From a bacterium (GTDB lineage Bacteria; UBA10199; JADFYH01): DNA of 64,000 nucleotides. The notes beneath the pieces are model-generated. The model searched no databases. It was not told where the DNA came from and was given only the letters and a program-made list of their open reading frames with translations. Positions 18,683 through 27,668 of the stretch are shown here, one piece after another (within the stretch, counting starts at the first letter, position 1; each line of letters begins with the position of its first letter). Location: positions 56,632 to 120,631 of the forward strand of contig JAXMHI010000010.1 in the NCBI GenBank assembly GCA_046346885.1. The letters are read 5' to 3'. The position numbers and the translations under genes were made by a program.

Positions 18683-19577
18683 TCAACTCTTTACAACTTT
18701 ATTCACCTTGCTTTTACGGATCAATTTCCGGGCGACGGCATCTTCCGTCAATCCCTTCCACTGGCCAAATCGATATCCCGGAATCCGGCACACCGCCTTC
18801 CGACAGGCCTTGAGCGTTTGTGCGTCGATCAAATCGCCGTCGAACAGGGCAAGCGCCAATTGGTACGCCCCTTTCACGGGCACCAGAATCTTGCCATATT
18901 TCCCAAAGTCCCTGGGCGGCGTCTTCTTCTCCAGGTGAATGTATATTTTTTTCACCCGGCCCCGTTTTCGGGGCAAAGCCTCCGCTTCGTGGAGGAGATT
19001 TTCCCTGTCTTCCTGCGAAACACCCCCTCTCTTGAGAGCTTCTCCCAAGGAAGAAAGGCTTAAATCCCCGTTCACCCAATGGGCATAGAGGGAATAGGCT
19101 TCCGCATCCCGCTCATAGTCGTCGCCGAAGAGATATTCCTGAGAAAAAATCCGGCGGATGCGCCCGCAAAGGAGCGCGGCTATTTTAAAACCCAGTTGAT
19201 CGAAGAAGCGGGAAGGCGAAAACGGCCAAAGAAGGCGGAACCAATCCTTCAGGATAATTCCGTCTTGCTCCACCCCGTCGAGCAGCATCTTTCGTTCTAG
19301 GACGGACCGCAAAAAGGCGGGCTCGCCGAAATGAAGTAAGGGAATGCAACCGCCGTCTTCCTTTCCGCGGCCTGCGGCGAAGCCCCTGCAACACCTCCGG
19401 CATGCCGGAATCGCCTGTTTGTCGACGGCGAACTGACGGGAATCCCTGGCAGCCCCTGCAGGGAAGAGAAACGGGTCGAAAGATCGTCTTGTCGATGTCC
19501 CACACGTATACCCTCCCCGAATAATCGGCGGGCAATTCCCGGTCGTCGCGCTGACTTAAGGGATAAAACGATTTCAT
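18683..19577 (-). pseudogene. HAD-superfamily phosphatase, App1/DUF2183-like (phosphatidate phosphatase family), disrupted by about five 1-nt frame shifts in its first ~100 codons
   Basis: Motifs occur in order but in three frames: VYVWDIDKTI (DxDxT), FSSLQGLPGIPV, FAVDKQAIP, GMPEVLQGL, VAFPYFISASPPF. The intact 209-aa frame then follows: LRSVLERKMLLDGVEQDGIILKDW...LFGDDYERDAEAY. Confidence 0.6.
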
Positions 19578-19583
19578 TCATCC

Positions 19584-20633
19584 TCACGAAGCACGCAAAC
19601 GCACGCGCTCAAAACCTGTGGGTCTCGACATGAGTCGCAACAATTGGGCACGGGGATCGGCCCCTTCGTAGAGAACCGCGTATACGGCCTCCACGAGGGG
19701 CAAATCCAAGTTCAAATCCCGCGCTTGCCGGTGCACGGCGCGCGTCGTCGACACGCCTTCGGCCACTTGGGTGCTCGACTCGATGATTTTCTTAAGCTTC
19801 TCCCCCTGGGACAGGCGACGCCCCACCTGGAAGTTGCGGCTCAAGGACGAATTGCAGGTGGCCATCAGATCGCCGATGCCGGCCAATCCCCCGAAGGTGA
19901 GCATGTCCGCTCCCAGTGCCACTCCGTACTGGGTCATTTCGGAAAGCCCCCGCGTGATGATGAGGGCCTTCGTGTTGTCGCCGAACCCCATCCCGCTGGC
20001 CGCCCCCGAAACGAGGGCCACGATGTTCTTGAAGGCGCCCCCGATCTCGGTGCCGATCACGTCCATGCCCCCGTACAAACGGAGGCTGCCTCCGGCGAAC
20101 AGCTCCTGCGCCTTTCTCACCACTTCGTCGAAGTGGGAAGCGATGAGCGCTCCGGAGGGATCTCCGCGCATCATCTCCCCCGCCAAGTTGGGGCCCGAAA
20201 GAACGCCGATCTTCAGCGCGCAGGTTTCCTCACGCAAGATTTCCGACATACGCTTGAAGCTGTCCGGTTCGATCCCCTTGGTCACGTGCAGCACCACTTG
20301 TTCGCCTGTGAGATGATCCCCGACCCGGCGGGCGATCTCGCGAAAACTCTTGGAGGGAACGGCCAAGATCACGACGGGAGTCCCCGAAACGGCCGACTTC
20401 AAATCGGCGGTGGCCCTTAAAGCCTCTGGCAGCGACTGGTCAGGAAAGTACAGATGGTTCGTGTGACGCCGGTTGATCTCGTTCGCCTGCTCCGTCCGAC
20501 GCACCCACAATAGGACCCTGCGCCCGTTCCTCGCGAGCAGGGAGGCCAAGGCCGTGCCGAAACTGCCCCCTCCGATGACGGCCGCCTCCAAAGCTTGCGA
20601 GCGCGGCACTTTTTTCGCCTGGGAATGCCTCAT
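19584..20633 (-). CDS. gpsA: NAD(P)H-dependent glycerol-3-phosphate dehydrogenase
   Basis: AVIGGGSFGTALASLLA, VPS..FRE, LSGPNLAGE, GAFKNIVA, GLAGIGDL..TC.S..SRN motifs across a 349-aa ORF. Confidence 0.9.
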   Translation of the reverse strand: MRHSQAKKVPRSQALEAAVIGGGSFGTALASLLARNGRRVLLWVRRTEQANEINRRHTNHLYFPDQSLPEALRATADLKSAVSGTPVVILAVPSKSFREIARRVGDHLTGEQVVLHVTKGIEPDSFKRMSEILREETCALKIGVLSGPNLAGEMMRGDPSGALIASHFDEVVRKAQELFAGGSLRLYGGMDVIGTEIGGAFKNIVALVSGAASGMGFGDNTKALIITRGLSEMTQYGVALGADMLTFGGLAGIGDLMATCNSSLSRNFQVGRRLSQGEKLKKIIESSTQVAEGVSTTRAVHRQARDLNLDLPLVEAVYAVLYEGADPRAQLLRLMSRPTGFERVRLRAS

Positions 20634-21940
20634 GCTTCCCTCTCCAAAACCGGCAGGCGGTTTTGATAATAGAAAATCAAGTTCCGGTCCTCGTGGAAGA
20701 GCCGGTCCCCTTTCCTCTCCAAGACGGAATGCAGGTGGTAATTTTGCAAATGGGCGAGCGCTTCGGAAAGAAGACCCACCGTATCCAGCTCGTGCAAAGA
20801 CTCATCGAGCCGAATTCGCCCCGCTTTCTCGATCCCGCGCAAGGTTTCCAACGTGCGGTCGACGGCTTCGTACACCTCCACGAGACGCATGCTGGGCACT
20901 CTTCCTCCCGTGCGAAGCAGACGATAGAGGTCGAGGGCGGGATTGCTCTTTCGAAGCCAATCGAACACCACCCGACAAACCAACTGGACGCTGCTGACCA
21001 CCGTGTCGCGATGGTAAGCCTCGACGATCTTCTCCGAAAGCTCGTGGGTGAACTCATGGTCCCGTTGGCGGTCGAATGCGGCCTCGCCGTTTTTAAGAAC
21101 GTAGCGCCGCCTCTCCACCGGACGGCCGCGGGGATCCCTCGAAATTCCGTTTTCGTCGACGGGATTCCCAAACACGTCCAAGGGGGTCGAAAACACCACG
21201 TGAATACGGGACTGTAGCGAGAAAAGACCGTTCACGAACTGAAAGATGCGGCGCACCTGCGAGAATTCGTCGTCTTCAATGATGTATCGGCTCTTTCCCG
21301 CCTCTTTCAGGTAGTCTTCGATCAAGGTTTCCGCTTCCAGCACCAATTGGTAGTTGAAGGTGCACGGAACGATGAAAATGTCGGGGTCTTTTTTTTGATT
21401 CAGCAGGTTGTGGATGTAGGCGTTCAAGCCCATACCCAACAAACCCAACTTCAATTTGCTTTCCACCGCTCCCGAGCGGCTGCGGGTGCCGCCGGGAAAG
21501 AAGAGGTTATGGTAACCGAGCTCCATCGAATATCCCGCGTAGGTTTTCAAGACCTCCTTGTAGAGGGGCGCCTTCTTCAGGCGGTCCACCTTATAAGCTC
21601 CCAGATGATTCATGAAAAATCCGATGAGCTTGTTGGAGAAGAGATTGAGACCGGCGCCGTAGAGAAACGGGGGCAATCCCAAACGATAGAGCACGTAGCC
21701 GATGAGGACGCTGTCTAAATTGCTGCAATGGGTCGGCACCACCACGAGGGTGCTTTTTTCGGCGAGCACGGGCAAAAGATCGGACGATCCCTCGATGACG
21801 ATCTGGTCGTCCAAGTGGGAGAAACCCGAGGGAATCTCCCGCGCCAGCTTCAAGGGGCTTAAGCTGTTCAGAAGCAGATTGAGCGTCACGGGCACGATCC
21901 GGGTGGCCACCTGGTACATTCCCCCGCTGAAGCTTCCCAA
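20630..21940 (-). CDS. Glycerol-3-phosphate/glycerolipid acyltransferase, PlsB-like (intact C-terminal 436 codons)
   Basis: HCSNLD (Hx4D), GAYKVDR and FFPGGTRSRSG blocks. 4-nt overlap with gpsA. The tracked start is a TTG, and homologous-looking sequence continues upstream out of frame (see next feature). Confidence 0.7.
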   Translation of the reverse strand: MGSFSGGMYQVATRIVPVTLNLLLNSLSPLKLAREIPSGFSHLDDQIVIEGSSDLLPVLAEKSTLVVVPTHCSNLDSVLIGYVLYRLGLPPFLYGAGLNLFSNKLIGFFMNHLGAYKVDRLKKAPLYKEVLKTYAGYSMELGYHNLFFPGGTRSRSGAVESKLKLGLLGMGLNAYIHNLLNQKKDPDIFIVPCTFNYQLVLEAETLIEDYLKEAGKSRYIIEDDEFSQVRRIFQFVNGLFSLQSRIHVVFSTPLDVFGNPVDENGISRDPRGRPVERRRYVLKNGEAAFDRQRDHEFTHELSEKIVEAYHRDTVVSSVQLVCRVVFDWLRKSNPALDLYRLLRTGGRVPSMRLVEVYEAVDRTLETLRGIEKAGRIRLDESLHELDTVGLLSEALAHLQNYHLHSVLERKGDRLFHEDRNLIFYYQNRLPVLEREA

Positions 21941-22278
21941 AATCTCCTCGACGAAGCGTCAGACGATTTTCTCCAAGGCCTTGCGTTTTGCTCCACCCCG
22001 CCCTTCAGCGCCATTTTCTGGATGTGACGATAAGGTGCCAGTTCGGGGCGGCCCTTCTTCGGTCCCTCGCGTTCTCCAAGCGGCGTCGTTCTTCATAGAG
22101 CGTGTCGAGGATGAGTTGTTCCACCGCTTCCGGCTCTTGCGGCCCTTCCTCGAGAACCCGATGCACCACCTCCGACACCACGCGTTTTCGATCCTCTTGC
22201 CTCAAGCAAAATCCTCCCCGACTCGATTCCGCCGTCGCGGGGCCGCGGGCGCTTTTTGCCGCGGCCCTTCTTCCGCAT
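21941..22278 (-). pseudogene. Disrupted 5' part of the PlsB-like gene
   Basis: Upstream of 21940 the same frame reads ..GAKRKALEKIV*RFVEEILGSFSGG, with an in-frame TGA at 21959-21961. Further upstream, plausible protein (RVVSEVVHRVLEEG..LILDTLYEERRRLENA; KKGRPELAPYRHIQKMALKG) lies in two other frames. Confidence 0.5.
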
Positions 22279-22295
22279 GCGCTTAAGAAAACGTC

Positions 22296-23195
22296 TTAAG
22301 GCTTGAGAGTCAAAGTACCGATCACATCCAAGAACGCCTTGGCGATGACGCCGTAGCCGTTGGGATTGGCATGGATATTGGGTCCCTGCGGGGGCGGCAC
22401 GCACATGTAGGTGAGCAGGCAAAGGTTCTTCAGGTTATTGGGCACCTGGGGCGGAAAAGGCGGCGAAGGCAAAGGCGCCGAGGCCACCGGCGTGAAGTCC
22501 GAAATCTGGAACTTGCCCGCCACGTCCGCCACGGGAAAACTGAAAATTTGGTAGACCGGCGCGAGCACCTGTTGGTTGAAGGCCTTGGCGAGCTGGTCCG
22601 AGGCCTGCGCGATATCCGGACGTCCCGCCAAAAAAGCGGCCAAAAAGGTATTGTAATAATTCATTCCGATGACGGGCGTGTCGCGGTCGACGGAACCGAA
22701 AAGCTTGCTCAAGATGAACGAAAGATTGGGACCGAGCTCTTGCAGCGCTTTCTGAATGCAGGCTTGGTCGATCGTGGTCCCTTGAATGCAGCCGGAGCTG
22801 AGCAGGTCGTTCACGCCGATGTCGATCGTCACCAAGATCACTTGATCCTGGTGATCGAGCAAAAATTCCACCGCCTGCTTGATCTGCGAACCGGCGTCAT
22901 AGGGACAAATTCCTCCGTTCGCCATCGAAACGATGGTCTCACCGGGGCAGCCCAGCTTCACCAACTGAAGGTTCGGATGGGTGGCGAGAAGCGCGGCATA
23001 GATCTGGTCGGGATATCCTTGATCGGTCACGTGGTTGACCCCGGAGGCGTCCGGCTGGTAACCGACGGAAAGGGAGTCGCCCAAGGCGACGTAATATTGA
23101 ACGTCGCTGCTGCTCCCGCAGCCGGCGAGCAAAAAAACAGCCACGAAAATCGCGGCGAAAGTTTTCAACATTCTAAAATAAAATCCGTGTTTCAT
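22296..23195 (-). CDS. SGNH/GDSL hydrolase family lipoprotein
   Basis: Lipobox LLAGCGS, block I YVALGDSLSVG, later GVNDL. 299-aa ORF. Confidence 0.8.
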   Translation of the reverse strand: MKHGFYFRMLKTFAAIFVAVFLLAGCGSSSDVQYYVALGDSLSVGYQPDASGVNHVTDQGYPDQIYAALLATHPNLQLVKLGCPGETIVSMANGGICPYDAGSQIKQAVEFLLDHQDQVILVTIDIGVNDLLSSGCIQGTTIDQACIQKALQELGPNLSFILSKLFGSVDRDTPVIGMNYYNTFLAAFLAGRPDIAQASDQLAKAFNQQVLAPVYQIFSFPVADVAGKFQISDFTPVASAPLPSPPFPPQVPNNLKNLCLLTYMCVPPPQGPNIHANPNGYGVIAKAFLDVIGTLTLKP

Positions 23196-23264
23196 ATTTC
23201 CCCCCTAACGTTTACCGGGACTTTTTTTAGCCCCGGCTTTCATGAACTTCGATTTTCTCTCCCT

Positions 23265-23822
23265 TCATTCCCCTAAAAGCCCCTTCTTGAACTCTTCCGA
23301 AGGAAGCTTTGGCCCGATCAACGAGCAAAAAGAGCGTCGGCAAAATCCTTGCCTTCGATCGTCCCCCTTTTCCGCCCCGTTCACCCTGACCTGGGTGCCT
23401 TTCCCGGGGACATACGTGTAAATGTTTTTGCTCCCCTTCTCCATGTCCGCCATGTACTTGCATAAGGTGTCGAACTTGGGCCCCAGCGCGGCGGCGCTGC
23501 CCGGCGAATTGTTTTTCAATCCTTCCTTCCAGGCGTTGCAGATTTTATCCTTTTCCACTTCGCGGACGAACTCCATCACGAGCTTGCGCTCGGTGTCGGA
23601 GCTTAAGATTTTATCGGCGCTTTTTTCCTTCGAGGGAAGATAGAGGCCAGCGACATAAACCTTCACGATGAATTTCTTGCGGAGCCCCATTCCGTTTAAG
23701 ACGAGAGTCTTGCCGTTCACTTGCGCGCTGTCGGGCATATTGACACCTTCAAGAGTCGCCGCCGTCGCCAGCGGCGTCCAAACCCAAACGAGTAGAAAAA
23801 AAAGAACGCTCCTCATACGCAT
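23265..23822 (-). CDS. Chalcone-isomerase-like (Chalcone_3) periplasmic protein, with an internal out-of-frame patch
   Basis: Signal peptide MRMRSVLFFLLVWVWTPLATA (ATG 23822, AAGGAGG upstream). LNGMGLRKKFIVKVYVAGLYL is family-typical. The expected C-terminal TIEGKDFADALFAR is encoded in another frame between about 23322 and 23363. Confidence 0.75.
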   Translation of the reverse strand: MRMRSVLFFLLVWVWTPLATAATLEGVNMPDSAQVNGKTLVLNGMGLRKKFIVKVYVAGLYLPSKEKSADKILSSDTERKLVMEFVREVEKDKICNAWKEGLKNNSPGSAAALGPKFDTLCKYMADMEKGSKNIYTYVPGKGTQVRVNGAEKGDDRRQGFCRRSFCSLIGPKLPSEEFKKGLLGE

Positions 23823-24048
23823 AGAAACCTCCTTCTTTTTGAAATTCGATTGGCAAGCGACCCCCCTATGATCTCGCGAACGACGGGCGTAGTAAATACT
23901 CATTTCGCAAAATCCCGCGGCTTTTCTTGACTTCTCCTCACTTTATTGGACAATTTTTTTACCTCCCCCCGACATCACGAGCGGTTCAAAATAAACGGAA
24001 ACTGCTTTTTTTCAGTCGGCATACCCTGAATCTTTATAAAATAGAGAT

Positions 24049-24585
24049 ATGAAGGACGCGTCCCATGTTTTCAAAAAAATCCCCCTCTTGAAGCAATGGA
24101 TCCTCGATCTCTTGAAAGAAAATGAAAAGCGGGCCCAAAGCCTTGAGAATTTTCGTTTCCTGAGGCTTTATTCGTACTGTTCTCCACGGCTGTTGCAATC
24201 CGTCCGGGTCGTGGTGGTCGAGACTCTCCCCTTGCCCCCCCTCGCTTCGTGGGGAGTCACTGAATTCAAGCCTTTCGAGCGCGAACCCTTTCTCGCCATC
24301 ACCTACGCCGACACAATCTTTCTGCTGAAAAGCGAACTGATGAACGAAGCTGTCGTGTTTCACGAGCTCGTCCACGTGCTGCAGTGGAAACTTCTAGGGG
24401 AAGATCTCTTTTTAAGGCTCTACGTCGAAGGCCTTTTGGAAGAAATGTATTTCACCTGTCCTCTCGAGGTGATGGCGTATAAAGCCCAAGAGGAGTTCGA
24501 GGACAATTCCGCCGTTTACGACTTGGAAAAGAGAGTGAAAGAGGAGATTAAAGCCTTGGAGAAAAACAACCGGGACGCGACTTAA
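24049..24585 (+). CDS. Hypothetical protein with HELxHVxQ zincin-like motif (DUF4157-like)
   Basis: 178-aa ORF with no signal peptide. VVFHELVHVLQW matches the HExxH-containing signature I associate with DUF4157. 4-nt tail-to-tail overlap with the kinase gene. Confidence 0.45.
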   Translation: MKDASHVFKKIPLLKQWILDLLKENEKRAQSLENFRFLRLYSYCSPRLLQSVRVVVVETLPLPPLASWGVTEFKPFEREPFLAITYADTIFLLKSELMNEAVVFHELVHVLQWKLLGEDLFLRLYVEGLLEEMYFTCPLEVMAYKAQEEFEDNSAVYDLEKRVKEEIKALEKNNRDAT

Positions 24586-26747
24586 GAGGCTGGAAAAAAC
24601 ATCCGTACCTCCAAGCCCCCTTGTTCGCGGTTCCGCGCCTCGATGCGCCCCTGCATCGCTTCCACGATCATTTTCGCCATGGCGAGCCCGATACCCGTGC
24701 CTTTGGTGCGCCGCGTGAGTTCGTTCTCGACTCGGTAAAACTTTTCGAAAACCTTTTTCGATTCGGCGGGTGGGATACCGGGGCCCTTGTCTTTCCAAGA
24801 CCAGACGACTTCTTCCTCTTCCTTGAAGAGCGACATCTCGAGGGTTTTCTCAAAGCCGTTGGCGGAAAATTTGAGGCTGTTGTCGAAGAGCACCCAAAGG
24901 ACTTCCTTCACCGCCTCCGGATCGTAGGAAATGGGAGGGAGATCCCTTTCCGCTTGAAACGCGAGCGTGTAGCCTTTTTGTTCGGCGAGCTTGCGGAGCT
25001 CCCCGCCGATTTGCTCGAAGTCGTGAAGGGGCGATTCTTTCTTGAGGTTCAGCTTATAATTGCGCTTTTCCAAGCGGGCCAACTGAAGAACGTTATCGAT
25101 GAGGTGCGAAAGGCGGCCGCTCTCTTGGTGGATGTGGCGGTAATATTCTTGCCTCTTTCCGTCCTCCTTCACCCAGCCGTCTTCCAACATTTCGCTGTAC
25201 ATGCGGATGGAGGTGAGCGGCGTCTTGAGCTCATGCGTCACCGCCGAGACGAAATCCTGCCGCTTCTGCGAAAGCTTCACTTGTGCGGAGACGGAGCGGT
25301 AGATGAGAAAAAGTCCGCCCGTGCCGAGCAGCACGATGATTCCCGTGAAAAGCTTCAGGTAAAACCGCGTGCTGAGCTCGGGCAAGTTTCCCGCATAAAC
25401 GCGCCAGAGAAAGAGATTTAAGGGATACCCGAGAGGCCTCTCGAACAATAAAATCGGTTTCTTTTTATCTTCGACCGAACCGTAACGGATGAGCGAGCTC
25501 CCGCCCAAATCGAGTTCGGTCCAGGCGAAGGAAGTGAGATCCGAATTGGCGAAGGACTGCTCCATCATCCAGCGATAGAAGCGTTTGAGCTCCACCGCGA
25601 ACCCCTGCACGTACATTTTTTGCTCCACCCAAATCTTGCGGTAGAACAAAAGATATTGCCCCGATACCCAGCGGGCCTGGAACGGATCGATCAGGATGGA
25701 AGTCGGCTGGTAATGCTCCGGCTCCTTCTTGGGAGATTCTTCGATAAGGTTGAGGGAAGGTTTAGGAGCCCCTTTTCCCGCAGCGGTTTTTTCCTTCGAT
25801 TTCTTACCCGAAAAAGCGTCCCGCAATCTCTCCAAGCGCCCCTCCTCCGCGGGAGGCGGCGAGGCGGGAGCGACTGGGGCGAGCGAGGCGCCGGAAGCGG
25901 CCTCGGGCATCTCTTCCTTCGAAGGCGCCTTCGGGGCAGGTTTGGCGGGCGGCGGAGGAATTTCCGCCTGTTTCTGTTCCTCGAAAGTTTTAAGCTGCAC
26001 CGTGCTCGGCGCCATTTGGCGGCGGGCCAGCTGCTGAGCGGGGGCTTCTTCGTCCTTCTTTTGGTCGAGAGCATCTTCCGCCGCGCTGTCGCTCTTCTTA
26101 GCCTTGGCCATCATCCCCAGCTTGGGCGACTGAAGGGGGTTGGGATAAACGTTTTGGGCCGATCCCCCGAAAGCGGCGGGTCCGTTGGCCAGAGGAATCG
26201 ACACTACTTTGTCGGCGCTCTTCTTTTCCTTCTCCACTTCCCCCGCGCGCGCCTCGATCTTTTTATTGTCTTGGCTCAAACGGGCGTCCTTCAACACCTC
26301 TTCCCTTAAGGATTGGGTGATTCCTTGAATTTGCTTTTCCCTTTCTTTCCTTTCATTCGAATCGGCGGGCGGAGTTTCGAAAGGCCCGCGGGGAAGATAA
26401 GGCGTGGAGAAAGATCCGTCGGGATCGATTTGGAAATAACCTAAAAGCCCTTTTGTATCCTCTTTCGGCAATTCCAGGGAAAGGGGCGAAACGGTGAGAT
26501 TCGCCACTTTGAAACCCGGCGCGGGAAGCACTTGGTAATATCGATACTCGGTGAAGGAACGGGCATCTTCGCGGGTAAGGAAATCGCTGATCGTCGCCTG
26601 CATCTGGTTGAAGACCTTCTGACTCATGCCTTCCCATAGGCTTTTTTCCTCGATGGCCATCTGGCGATAGGAGTTATGCAGCAAAAAACCCAGGGCCAAG
26701 GCCAGCAGGAAAAAGAAGAGAATGAATTGGAGTTTAAGTTTTTTCAT
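24582..26747 (-). CDS. Sensor histidine kinase with a very large extracytoplasmic region
   Basis: ATG at 26747 (MKKLKLQFILFFFLL, ATGA overlap with the regulator). About 430-aa periplasmic part including a Pro/Ala/Lys-rich segment, a second TM, H-box SAVTHELKTPLTSI, and a HATPase domain. The tracked 817-aa ORF over-extends into the regulator gene. Confidence 0.85.
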   Translation of the reverse strand: MKKLKLQFILFFFLLALALGFLLHNSYRQMAIEEKSLWEGMSQKVFNQMQATISDFLTREDARSFTEYRYYQVLPAPGFKVANLTVSPLSLELPKEDTKGLLGYFQIDPDGSFSTPYLPRGPFETPPADSNERKEREKQIQGITQSLREEVLKDARLSQDNKKIEARAGEVEKEKKSADKVVSIPLANGPAAFGGSAQNVYPNPLQSPKLGMMAKAKKSDSAAEDALDQKKDEEAPAQQLARRQMAPSTVQLKTFEEQKQAEIPPPPAKPAPKAPSKEEMPEAASGASLAPVAPASPPPAEEGRLERLRDAFSGKKSKEKTAAGKGAPKPSLNLIEESPKKEPEHYQPTSILIDPFQARWVSGQYLLFYRKIWVEQKMYVQGFAVELKRFYRWMMEQSFANSDLTSFAWTELDLGGSSLIRYGSVEDKKKPILLFERPLGYPLNLFLWRVYAGNLPELSTRFYLKLFTGIIVLLGTGGLFLIYRSVSAQVKLSQKRQDFVSAVTHELKTPLTSIRMYSEMLEDGWVKEDGKRQEYYRHIHQESGRLSHLIDNVLQLARLEKRNYKLNLKKESPLHDFEQIGGELRKLAEQKGYTLAFQAERDLPPISYDPEAVKEVLWVLFDNSLKFSANGFEKTLEMSLFKEEEEVVWSWKDKGPGIPPAESKKVFEKFYRVENELTRRTKGTGIGLAMAKMIVEAMQGRIEARNREQGGLEVRMFFPAS

Positions 26748-27445
26748 TCGTGGATACGATACCCCTCTCCCCTCACGGTAAGGAGATAAACCGGTTCTTG
26801 GGGATCGGCCTCCACCTTCCGGCGCAACTTGGTCATATGGATATCCACCGTGCGCGTATCCATGTTCGTATTGCCGTAACCCCAAACCTCCTTCAACAGT
26901 TCTTGACGGCTGACGGGCCTCTCCGAATGCTGAATGAGATAACGGAGCAAATCCACCTCGCGTCGGGTGAGTTCGATCGTTTTGCCCTTCAGCCGAAGAT
27001 GCAGGTTTTTGGGGTCGATTTCGAAATCGCCCCACACGATCTTTTCTTTTTCGTAATTCAGCTTGGGACTGCGGCGCAAAACCGCCTCGACGCGGGCCAC
27101 GAGCTCCCTCACGGAGAAAGGCTTGGGGATGTAATCGTCCGCTCCCTGCTTCAATCCTTGGATGATGTCTTCTTCATCTCCCTTCGCCGTGAGCAGGATG
27201 ATCGGCTGGGCGCGGTCGGCCTTGCGGATCTCGTTGCAGACGGAGAGACCGTCCAACCCCGGCAGCATGATGTCTAAAATGACCAGATGATGCTTCCCCG
27301 TGAGGGCTTCCTTAAGCCCCTCTTTGCCGTCGCCCACGGCGTGCACTTCGTAGCCGTTATAAAGGAAGACGTCGCACAGCCCTTTGCGGATGGTTTCTTC
27401 GTCTTCCACGATGAGGATTTTCGGTTTATCGGCGGAATTTTTCAT
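26744..27445 (-). CDS. OmpR/PhoB-family response regulator
   Basis: KILIVEDEETI, LDIMLPGLDG, LTAKG receiver motifs. Winged-helix output ..LLTVRGEGYRI. Confidence 0.9.
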   Translation of the reverse strand: MKNSADKPKILIVEDEETIRKGLCDVFLYNGYEVHAVGDGKEGLKEALTGKHHLVILDIMLPGLDGLSVCNEIRKADRAQPIILLTAKGDEEDIIQGLKQGADDYIPKPFSVRELVARVEAVLRRSPKLNYEKEKIVWGDFEIDPKNLHLRLKGKTIELTRREVDLLRYLIQHSERPVSRQELLKEVWGYGNTNMDTRTVDIHMTKLRRKVEADPQEPVYLLTVRGEGYRIHE

Positions 27446-27668
27446 GGATGATGTTCCTTCCTATTCCTTTCAAACCCCTCCCGCGTTCCCTTGATCCCAA
27501 AGGGAGGGGACTCTCTCAACCTACCGCAATCTCGTGCCACTCGACGTAAAAACTTTGTAAAAACTCCCCCCTTTTCTTTTACAGGGCCGGGCCTTCTGAT
27601 TTTTTTCAGAAAGCATAAAACTTCTTCTTGTGAAGATCACCTTTTTTTCAACTCAAAGGAGACGTTTT

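Noticed and set aside
19311-19481. Programmed ribosomal frameshifting in the App1-like gene
   Set aside because: Five separate shifts within about 200 nt, without slippery heptamers or downstream pseudoknot-like structure, do not match any known recoding mechanism.
21959-21961. In-frame TGA in the PlsB-like gene as selenocysteine or programmed readthrough
   Set aside because: No SECIS-like hairpin is obvious just downstream. The position is not a redox-active site in this family. The codon sits among ordinary frame shifts, so mutation or error is the simpler reading.
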